A stretch of DNA of 32,000 nucleotides from Patescibacteria group bacterium (GCA_041649575.1 JBAZMW010000003.1:1-32000), one strand, 5' to 3'. Shown: positions 1 to 6,195, counted from the stretch's first letter. Program-made: numbers and translations. The notes: generated by a model not told the origin, from the letters alone.

Positions 1-125
1 TTCCCGCTGTTCGTCTCGTCGCTTCGCGACGTCGCCGAACAGCGGCTATCTGACGCTGGCGCTTCATTTCGCCAGTCCAAAAGCTGCGCTTTTGTCCTGA
101 CGAAACGACAGATAGCCGCGGCGCA
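1..125 (+). repeat. Conserved 166-bp ORF-less mini-cassette, copy A (first 41 nt cut off by window edge)
   Basis: Identical to positions 809-933, 1480-1604 and 2101-2225. Ends ...CCGCGGCGCA|TTAGGTG. Confidence 0.9.
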
Positions 126-175
126 TTAGGTGAAATCGTGCTAATTTTTAACAAATCAAATAAACCATAAAAACT

Positions 176-586
176 ATGAGAAAAACAACCCTGATTGCCA
201 TCATTGTAATCGCTACAGTTACCATTGGAGGAATTTATGCATGGCAAAGATTGAATATGCCATCAGAACAAAGCAAGTGTACTAAGCAAGGGGGAAATTG
301 GATAACGGGTTCGCCTGAGTATGGCTCAAAATGCATAATCCCATATTCAGATGCGGGGGAAAAATGTACAAGTTCAGAGCAATGTTTAGGTCAATGCGTA
401 ACTAATGTAATAAGCCAACTCGGGAAGGAGGGTACATGTCAAAAAAATAATGACAATCGGGGTTGTTTCAATGCAATAGAAAGCGAGAGGTTTAATTGTT
501 TACTGGATGATATAATGGTTAATTGTGATAGTAAACATTGGGAAACCATGTGCGACTCACTTAAAGGAAAAGAATTCTTTGAATAA
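176..586 (+). CDS. Small secreted/membrane-anchored Cys-rich protein (136 aa), cassette 1 cargo
   Basis: N-terminal hydrophobic helix (LIAIIVIATVTIGGIYAW) followed by a 12-Cys domain. It is the only long ORF in the cassette. Confidence 0.7.
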   Translation: MRKTTLIAIIVIATVTIGGIYAWQRLNMPSEQSKCTKQGGNWITGSPEYGSKCIIPYSDAGEKCTSSEQCLGQCVTNVISQLGKEGTCQKNNDNRGCFNAIESERFNCLLDDIMVNCDSKHWETMCDSLKGKEFFE

Positions 587-602
587 AAATTAGCACGACT
601 AT

Positions 603-773
603 CACCTAACATGTTTTATACGGTTGCGCCCCTCGGCTCGCTCTCTGAAATTTAACGGGACACCGCTTCGCTCGGGGCTCCACCTAACTTTTGTCCTCGC
701 TTATGCGGTGACCTCCGGTCAATTGTACCGCAACGCTCGGAACAAAAGTTCGTATAAAACGATAACGTTCAGC
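603..773 (+). other. attC-like recombination site of cassette 1 (variable class, AAC...GTT)
   Basis: Inverse core CACCTAAC (603-610) followed by ATGTTTTATACGG. The right side is CGTATAAAACGATAAC-GTTCAGC, with the G at 767. TTTTATACG and CGTATAAAA are complementary. Confidence 0.55.
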
Positions 774-933
774 GACATCGCTTCGCTCTGTCGCTGAATG
801 CGCCGCGGTTCCCGCTGTTCGTCTCGTCGCTTCGCGACGTCGCCGAACAGCGGCTATCTGACGCTGGCGCTTCATTTCGCCAGTCCAAAAGCTGCGCTTT
901 TGTCCTGACGAAACGACAGATAGCCGCGGCGCA
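768..933 (+). repeat. Conserved 166-bp ORF-less mini-cassette, copy B
   Basis: Starts TTCAGCGACA directly after the G of attC-like site 1 and ends GCGCA before TTAGTAGC. It contains its own inverse core TGTCGCTGAAT (789-799), complementary to its first 10 nt. Confidence 0.9.
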
Positions 934-994
934 TTAGTAGCCATATTGCTTTTTACAAAATATTTTTAGGGGTTGAAAAAAAAGGAGAATAACC

Positions 995-1204
995 ATGAAA
1001 CGTATTGATGTACTTTGCGAATTGCCATTTGCTGGATTTTTAATCTTTGTTGGGTTGACTATCCTTGCAGGCAGCGGCATATACGCGATGACAGCCATGT
1101 CTTTTGCTGGCCGCTGTATCGGCTATGCCGGATGTATTTGCGGATTTGTATTGGTGTTCTTACCATTCTTGGTCTTAAGCTGGAAGTTACACCGTAACCC
1201 ATAA
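995..1204 (+). CDS. Small two-TM membrane protein (69 aa), cassette 2 cargo
   Basis: GGAG 7 nt upstream of the ATG and two hydrophobic segments. Preferred over the overlapping frame 1015..1197. Confidence 0.6.
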   Translation: MKRIDVLCELPFAGFLIFVGLTILAGSGIYAMTAMSFAGRCIGYAGCICGFVLVFLPFLVLSWKLHRNP

Positions 1205-1302
1205 ATGGCAAAACGATTCAAGGGAAGGAATGATTTGCTGTTCCTTCCCCACCCCCTAAAAATATTTTGAATGGAAAAATGATATAATATAAAAGCAATA
1301 CA

Positions 1303-1444
1303 GCTACTAACACGTTTTATAAGGCTCGCCCATTACTAAGATAATCAGCTCGCGGACATTGCTCGTTCGCTTACGTGTTTGGCTCCGCGCATATTTTACC
1401 ACCACGCGAACTTCGCAACGTCTTATAAAACGATAACGTTCAGC
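1303..1444 (+). other. attC-like recombination site of cassette 2 (variable class)
   Basis: GCTACTAAC (1303-1311) followed by ACGTTTTATAAG. The right side is CTTATAAAACGATAAC-GTTCAGC, with the G at 1438. It shares the internal motif GCTCCGCGCAYATTTTACCACCACG with site 3. Confidence 0.55.
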
Positions 1445-1604
1445 GACATCGCTTCGCTCTGTCGCTGAATGCGCCGCGGTTCCCGCTGTTCGTCTCGTCG
1501 CTTCGCGACGTCGCCGAACAGCGGCTATCTGACGCTGGCGCTTCATTTCGCCAGTCCAAAAGCTGCGCTTTTGTCCTGACGAAACGACAGATAGCCGCGG
1601 CGCA
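1439..1604 (+). repeat. Conserved 166-bp ORF-less mini-cassette, copy C
   Basis: Identical to copy B by direct comparison. Confidence 0.9.
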
Positions 1605-1650
1605 TTAAGTGAAATTTGCTATTTTATTAAAATCTAAATAATAAACCGCT

Positions 1651-1893
1651 ATGAAAAAAACAATCATAGTAATAGTGGCAGTAATTCTCATAATTATTAT
1701 AACCTTTTTGGGCTACTGGTTTTTTCTGAGGAAAAACTGCAATCAATTTTCAGGTAATTTTTCCTGGGCATGGGGTCCAAACCTTGTTTCTAAATGCGAA
1801 AATGCCGGCTGTAAAACCAATATTAAAAACTGCTCAGGAAGTCAAGATGCGCCAGATAGTGTTATGTGCTATTTAGAATGCACCTCCAAATAA
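1651..1893 (+). CDS. Small secreted/membrane-anchored Cys-rich protein (80 aa), cassette 3 cargo
   Basis: N-terminal TM (IIVIVAVILIIIITFLGYWFF) and 6 Cys. Shares a C-x2-3-Q-x-x-G-N-[WF]...S-K-C block with the cassette 1 protein. Confidence 0.65.
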   Translation: MKKTIIVIVAVILIIIITFLGYWFFLRKNCNQFSGNFSWAWGPNLVSKCENAGCKTNIKNCSGSQDAPDSVMCYLECTSK

Positions 1894-1903
1894 AATAGCA
1901 AAC

Positions 1904-2065
1904 TTCATTTAACACGGTTTATGTGGTTCATCCGACACTTCCCATATTAAGCCGAGACATCGGTCGGATTCACCTAAATCGCTTGTCGTCTTAGGTGGTG
2001 GCGCTCCGCGCACATTTTACCACCACGACGACTGCGCGACTTCACATAAACCGGTAACGTTCAGC
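1904..2065 (+). other. attC-like recombination site of cassette 3 (variable class)
   Basis: TTCATTTAAC (1904-1913) followed by ACGGTTTATGTG. The right side is CACATAAACCGGTAAC-GTTCAGC, with the G at 2059. There is a 10-bp L-box pairing plus internal hairpins. Confidence 0.55.
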
Positions 2066-2225
2066 GACATCGCTCCGCTCTGTCGCTGAATGCGCCGCGG
2101 TTCCCGCTGTTCGTCTCGTCGCTTCGCGACGTCGCCGAACAGCGGCTATCTGACGCTGGCGCTTCATTTCGCCAGTCCAAAAGCTGCGCTTTTGTCCTGA
2201 CGAAACGACAGATAGCCGCGGCGCA
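2060..2225 (+). repeat. Conserved 166-bp ORF-less mini-cassette, copy D
   Basis: Identical to copy B except one T>C at 2075, inside the 11-nt loop of the first hairpin. Confidence 0.9.
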
Positions 2226-2282
2226 TTATCATAAAATAGTAAAAAACATTTTCTTTTAGACAATAATTTTGGTAATTTTACT

Positions 2283-2317
2283 AAAAAACCCCAGGCCAAG
2301 TGCGATACTTGGCCTGG
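2283..2317 (-). terminator. Rho-independent terminator of the cassette 4 reverse unit
   Basis: CCAGGCCAAG / CTTGGCCTGG 10-bp stem with a 7-nt loop, followed on the minus strand by GGTTTTTT. Confidence 0.75.
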
Positions 2318-2353
2318 TTGAAACAGGCAGATACTCGTTGCGGGCGGTGTTCA

Positions 2354-2647
2354 CTATAGGGGGACGGGAACGAGACGCGGGTCCCGCATCTTTTCCCCAA
2401 TCGCCAGACAGAGCCGCGTTAGTGCTTCCGAGAGTTGGACGCCAGGGCGTTGAGTCAGTGATCCGGTGATTGCTTTTACTCCGCCGACGGTTATTCCCGA
2501 CATGAGCGGAGTTACCCTCCTCGCCCACTTCTTACGGAAAGCGAGAAAGAATGCTCCCTGGTTTTCCGGCGCTGGCATTTGCTGATATATCTCGACCCAG
2601 TCACCGCAGAAGCCCAGTTGAAAAACACGCCTGAATCTACGTTGCAT
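2354..2647 (-). CDS. Hypothetical 97-aa protein, reverse-oriented GC-rich cargo of cassette 4 (could instead be a structured RNA)
   Basis: AGGAGGTGG lies 7 nt before the second in-frame ATG (2647). A strong terminator lies 37 nt after the stop. I recognise no family. Confidence 0.4.
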   Translation of the reverse strand: MQRRFRRVFQLGFCGDWVEIYQQMPAPENQGAFFLAFRKKWARRVTPLMSGITVGGVKAITGSLTQRPGVQLSEALTRLCLAIGEKMRDPRLVPVPL

Positions 2648-2798
2648 TATTAAACCACCTCCTCTCATAGCCAGTAAACCACCAAAAACAATTGAGAAAT
2701 CCTATCAACCATGATAAGATTCATATACGAAAGAACAAAAATTATCCTATATTTAATTCATTTAAAAGTCAAGGGCGGATTTCTCGTTTTTACTACAT

Positions 2799-2936
2799 CC
2801 GACAACACGGTTTAGACATAATCGCTTGGTCGCTTGCGCGATTGACTCCCGCCCCCACTAACGCTTCGGCTGGCAGGCCGTCAAATTATATCGCGCCGCT
2901 TCCGGCGCGACTTCACCTAAAACGGTGACGTTGGGC
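2799..2936 (+). other. attC-like recombination site of cassette 4 (variable class, not followed by the mini-cassette)
   Basis: CCGACAAC (2799-2806) followed by ACGGTTTAGAC. The right side is CACCTAAAACGGTGAC-GTTGGGC, with the G at 2930. GTTGGGC fits GTTRRRY. Sequence after GTT diverges from the other sites, which defines the junction. Confidence 0.55.
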
Positions 2937-2979
2937 AAAACTGAAAAAACTTTTAAATTTATTTTGTTTTGATTTCTGT

Positions 2980-3492
2980 ATGATAAAGATAAGAAAACAT
3001 TTAGAAAAAGATATTCCCTACCGCGTCAAGTGGTTAAGTAATCCCAGTGCCAACAAATTCATTGGTGATGAAATAGGGCAAAAAACAAATCTGCAAAAAG
3101 AAAAGAGGTGGTTTGCTAATTATAAAAAAGCTAAGAACAAAAAGTTTTTTACTATTTGTGATAATTTTAAGCCAATCGGGTTTATGGGGTTATCAAACAT
3201 TAATAAGGCGAATAAAAATGCAGATTTGTTTATTGCTATCGGTGAAGACGACTATCGCGGCAAGGGAATCGGAAAAATCGCCATGGGATGGATAATTGAT
3301 TATGGATTTAAAAAATTAAAACTTCATAAGATCAACTTGGGTGTTATTAAAAATAATGTTCCGGCAGTAAATTTATATAAATCTTTTGGATTTGTCATTG
3401 AAGGTGAAATGAAAGATGAAGTTCTTTACAGAGGGAGATTTTATAATTTTTTATCCATGGCGATTTTTAATAGAAATCAAAACAAAAAATAA
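2980..3492 (+). CDS. GNAT-family N-acetyltransferase, cassette 5 cargo
   Basis: YRGKGIGK acetyl-CoA binding motif (R-x-x-G-x-G), an NxxAxxLYxxxGF-like segment, and typical 170-aa size. Confidence 0.8.
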   Translation: MIKIRKHLEKDIPYRVKWLSNPSANKFIGDEIGQKTNLQKEKRWFANYKKAKNKKFFTICDNFKPIGFMGLSNINKANKNADLFIAIGEDDYRGKGIGKIAMGWIIDYGFKKLKLHKINLGVIKNNVPAVNLYKSFGFVIEGEMKDEVLYRGRFYNFLSMAIFNRNQNKK

Positions 3493-3802
3493 GGAATCAG
3501 ACGCGATAATAAATAATAAAATCTATAAAAAAACAACAACTGCCTTAATAGTTATTCTCATCCTGGTTTTGATATATTTAGCAATACCGAAGCCATATTC
3601 ACTATCTACCAACATAAAATCTTGCGTTGATTCAAAGATTATTTCTGCGGCATATCTCAACCAAGATTCAGGCTGGTGTGCTGGGATAGTTTACCCGTCT
3701 AACAGAGACGAAATATGGCGTAATCCAATATGTACAATGTCTATAAAAGGCTGGGATTGCTTTGGTTATAAATTCTTTAAAAAAACTTCAATGGCTTTAT
3801 AA
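3416..3802 (+). CDS. Small membrane-anchored Cys-containing protein (start uncertain; overlaps GNAT 3' end by 77 nt)
   Basis: TM helix ALIVILILVLIYLAI and 5 Cys. The only ATG in frame is 3416, preceded by AAGGTGA at 3401-3407. No canonical start codon exists after the GNAT stop. Confidence 0.5.
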   Translation: MKFFTEGDFIIFYPWRFLIEIKTKNKESDAIINNKIYKKTTTALIVILILVLIYLAIPKPYSLSTNIKSCVDSKIISAAYLNQDSGWCAGIVYPSNRDEIWRNPICTMSIKGWDCFGYKFFKKTSMAL

Positions 3803-3820
3803 TCTATTATTTATTACAGC

Positions 3821-3840
3821 GCCTAACACGTTTCATTAAC
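3821..3840 (+). other. Half attC-like site (inverse core plus left box only) marking the distal end of the array
   Basis: GCCTAAC-ACGTTTCATT matches the left consensus and is complementary, with 1 mismatch, to the cassette-5 start TTGGGC. I found no convincing right arm or GTT partner downstream. Confidence 0.4.
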
Positions 3841-3850
3841 TCAAATACTT

Positions 3851-4375
3851 ATGACAAAACAAGAAGGGCGGCCTGAAACAACGGAAAAAAAGGACTGTTC
3901 TTTCGAAGAAGGAGTTGAGCAAATAATAGAGCTGGCCAGTTCACTGCTCCTTGCTCAAGATTATGTCGTTGTGGCAATATCCGGGCCTCTCTCCGATGAT
4001 ACGAACGTTGGCAAAACTTTCCTTTCAAATGGCTTGGCCAGAGGATTTGCGCAACGGGGTATCTCTTGTATTGTCACATCAGATGAAGTTTCGCTTAGAA
4101 ACCACGCGTCAATCAAAACCGACAAGGGAGTTATAATTCTTGGTGCCATGGGAAGTCCCAGTAATCATACAAAACCAGAAACAGTGGCACGATATAGGGC
4201 CGGCCGAGATTCGGGCGTGCAAGCCGCGACAAATTCGATCGGGCTGCCCGTCTCCAAGGTTGATATTCATGTCTTTATTTATAGACCAGACAAGCCTGTC
4301 TGTGAGGGAGATCGTCTATATAACGACATAATCATAAAAAATGAAAATGCTATCGACGATCCTGATAAACTATAA
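3851..4375 (+). CDS. Hypothetical protein (174 aa) with degenerate P-loop-like segment
   Basis: Long ORF. AISGPLSDDTNVGKT resembles but does not satisfy Walker A. Confidence 0.55.
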   Translation: MTKQEGRPETTEKKDCSFEEGVEQIIELASSLLLAQDYVVVAISGPLSDDTNVGKTFLSNGLARGFAQRGISCIVTSDEVSLRNHASIKTDKGVIILGAMGSPSNHTKPETVARYRAGRDSGVQAATNSIGLPVSKVDIHVFIYRPDKPVCEGDRLYNDIIIKNENAIDDPDKL

Positions 4376-4453
4376 GAATCACAAAAAAATTGTGGAGGAA
4401 GAATCTCAATAAACATTCTGAATGAGAAAAACAAAGAAATTGAAATCTAAAAA

Positions 4454-4987
4454 ATGAGGCCTCTTTTTACAATTAAAAAAACCAAAGGGAATGGCCGCGG
4501 GGTCTTTGCGCTCACCGATATCAAAAAAGGCAGACACGTCATTAGATGCGATCTGACAAAGCTAAAAACATACTCATTAGAAAAACTGAAGAAGCACCCA
4601 CAGCGCAGGTCCGACCATTGGGACGAGGCAGGGAGAGGCAAGTGGGTTTTGGATTTTTCTCCGGCCTCTTACGTTAACCATTCTTGCGATCCCAATTGCC
4701 TGACAAAATATTATACCTTAAAGAAAAAAGATATTGTGGCCAGGCGAGACATAAAAAGCGGCGAAGAGATGACTGTAGATTATTCGACGGGAGCCATCTA
4801 CGGATTCAACAAAAAATCTCACATCACCGCTGGCGCTGGAATTATGAAGTGCCGCTGCAACAGCAAAAAATGCAGAAAAATTATTACGGATGACTTTTTT
4901 GAGCTGCCTAAAGGTTTGCAAAGAGAATATTTTAAGAACTTACCGCCTTCGATTAAAAGAAAATTTGTAAAGAGACCAAAAAGATAA
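4454..4987 (+). CDS. SET-domain protein (putative protein-lysine methyltransferase)
   Basis: NHSCDPNC motif, EEMTVDY motif, and a post-SET-like CRCNSKKC Cys cluster. Confidence 0.8.
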   Translation: MRPLFTIKKTKGNGRGVFALTDIKKGRHVIRCDLTKLKTYSLEKLKKHPQRRSDHWDEAGRGKWVLDFSPASYVNHSCDPNCLTKYYTLKKKDIVARRDIKSGEEMTVDYSTGAIYGFNKKSHITAGAGIMKCRCNSKKCRKIITDDFFELPKGLQREYFKNLPPSIKRKFVKRPKR

Positions 4988-5099
4988 AACGCATCATATT
5001 ATTACATCATACTATATAAATTTTGTCAATATTTAATAAATATAAAATAAACTCTTGTTTTATTTTCAAAAATAGATTATAATAACAATATAAAGATTT

Positions 5100-5120
5100 A
5101 TCCCCTGCCGAGGGGATTTT
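5100..5120 (+). terminator. Hairpin plus T-run upstream of secE
   Basis: ATCCCCT-GCCG-AGGGGAT followed by TTT. Confidence 0.45.
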
Positions 5121-5151
5121 AAGATAGAAAAATTACTTAAATTTAAACAAG

Positions 5152-5343
5152 ATGATGAAAGTTAGTGGCATCGGCCAATATATAAAGGATTCAATAAAAG
5201 AGCTAAAAAGAGTGACTTGGCCCACCAAACAAGAATTAAAACAACATACCATTATGGTGGTGGCCATCTCTTTGGGCGTAGCCGCTTTCTTGGGAATTGT
5301 CGACTACATCTTAACGCTGGGACTGGAGCAAATTATAAAATAA
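5152..5343 (+). CDS. secE: Preprotein translocase subunit SecE
   Basis: ELKRVTWPTKQE motif followed by a single C-terminal TM. Located upstream of nusG. Confidence 0.9.
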   Translation: MMKVSGIGQYIKDSIKELKRVTWPTKQELKQHTIMVVAISLGVAAFLGIVDYILTLGLEQIIK

Positions 5344-5378
5344 TTACGATAACCGATAACGGATGACCGATTACCGGT
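5344..5378 (+). repeat. Five tandem degenerate heptads (NNCSGAT; CCGATAA-type) after secE
   Basis: ttacgat aaccgat aacggat gaccgat taccggt. Confidence 0.7.
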
Positions 5379-5436
5379 AAAATGACACTTGAAAGCCGGC
5401 GGTGAATGGTTAACAGTGATCATTTAATAAAATATT

Positions 5437-5982
5437 ATGGCCAAACAAACTTTAAATTTAGGCAGGCGCTGGTATGTCCTGCACACTTATTCTGGCCTAG
5501 AGGAGGCCGTGGAGCACAACTTGAAGCAACGTATCGAATCCATGGATATGGAAGATAAAATTTTTGGCATACTGATTCCCAAAGAGAAAAAAATCAGAAT
5601 CAAAAACGGCAAAAGAAAAGTGGTTGAAGAAAAAATCTACCCCGGCTACGTGCTGGTGGAGATGATTGTCACCGACGACAGCTGGTATGTGGTGAGAAAT
5701 ACGCCTCATGTCACCGGTTTTGTGGGCTCTGGCACCACGCCGACCCCGGTTTCCGAGGAAGAAATCAAGAGTCTGCAAAAACGGATGGGAGTGGACGAAC
5801 CAGAATACCAGATTGATGTGGTCAAGGGAGACAGCGTCAGAATTACCGACGGACCGTTTAAAACCATGGAAGGCAAGGTGGTGGAAATCGACGAAAGCCG
5901 CGGCAAGATCAAGGTGCTAATCTCCATGTTCGGCCGCGAAACTCCGGTGGAATTGGATTTCTTGCAAATAAAAAAGATATAA
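5437..5982 (+). CDS. nusG: Transcription termination/antitermination factor NusG
   Basis: WYVLHTYSG, PGYVLVEM and a KOW region (GDSVRITDGPF...GKV). Confidence 0.95.
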   Translation: MAKQTLNLGRRWYVLHTYSGLEEAVEHNLKQRIESMDMEDKIFGILIPKEKKIRIKNGKRKVVEEKIYPGYVLVEMIVTDDSWYVVRNTPHVTGFVGSGTTPTPVSEEEIKSLQKRMGVDEPEYQIDVVKGDSVRITDGPFKTMEGKVVEIDESRGKIKVLISMFGRETPVELDFLQIKKI

Positions 5983-5983
5983 G

Positions 5984-6035
5984 TAGCGTATGGCGTATGG
6001 CATATAGCATATAGCATATGGCATATAGCGTATAG
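5984..6035 (+). repeat. Seven tandem heptads (N-TATRGC) after nusG
   Basis: gTATGGC gTATGGC aTATAGC aTATAGC aTATGGC aTATAGC gTATAG. Confidence 0.8.
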
Positions 6036-6167
6036 AAAATTATAAAAAATAATTTATTAACAGCTTCTTGCCAACAGTTTGGCAGTTAGTAAAATATATA
6101 AAATTTAACAAAAAGCTTATGACGTCTAGTCTATAGGAAAGTGCTCACCAGGGACATATTGCCAAAA

Positions 6168-6195
6168 CCTATAAACTATAAGCCATAAGCCATAA
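6168..6195 (-). repeat. Four tandem heptads of the same N-TATRGC family in inverted orientation, just upstream of rplK
   Basis: Forward sequence is cctataa actataa gccataa gccataa. The reverse complement gives TTATGGC/TTATAGN units. Confidence 0.7.

Larger units (their letters stand above)
1..3850 (+). mobile_element. Integron-type gene-cassette array (CALIN-like; no integrase in window): 5 cargo cassettes plus 4 interleaved ORF-less mini-cassettes
   Basis: Repeated architecture: TTRRR-start, cargo, inverse core YYTAAC-ACGKTTTA, then TAAAMCGRTRAC-G|TT. The start of each unit is complementary to its own 3' inverse core. Inferred cassette borders are 126-767, 934-1438, 1605-2059, 2226-2930 and 2931 to about 3850. 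The array runs off the left edge of the window. Confidence 0.6.

Noticed and set aside
854-923. Hammerhead-like core strings (CTGACGA followed by GAAAC at 906-914, and CTGACGC at 857-863) inside the conserved element
   Set aside because: CUGAnGA and GAAA are directly adjacent with no stem II between them. The flanking helices do not give the three-stem hammerhead topology, so this is probably a chance resemblance.
768-933. The conserved element interpreted as a MITE or IS remnant
   Set aside because: Its two termini (TTCAGCGACA... and ...CCGCGGCGCA) are not inverted repeats of each other. No target-site duplication is present. All four copies sit at exactly the same position relative to an attC-like G|TT junction.
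1-2225. Regularly spaced identical repeats separated by unique sequence, superficially like a CRISPR array
   Set aside because: The repeat unit is 166 bp and the intervening segments are 455-642 bp and contain ORFs. This is far outside CRISPR repeat and spacer dimensions, and no cas genes are present.
684-2299. Minus-strand ORFs 684..944, 1307..1546 and 2042..2299, which share MKRQRQIAAVRRRREATRRTAGTAAHSATERSDVAERYRF
   Set aside because: They are translations of the GC-rich palindromic repeat itself. The shared peptide is Arg/Ala-rich low complexity, the ORF ends differ in each copy, and no ribosome-binding site is evident.
2256-2668. Alternative ORFs 2256..2528 (minus), 2269..2469 (plus) and the longer 2354..2668 start
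   Set aside because: They overlap the terminator hairpin or lack a ribosome-binding site. Only the 2647 start has a well-spaced AGGAGG.
2692-2928. Plus-strand ORF of 78 aa
   Set aside because: It runs through the AT-rich upstream region of the reverse unit and into attC-like site 4. It has no ribosome-binding site and an implausible composition.
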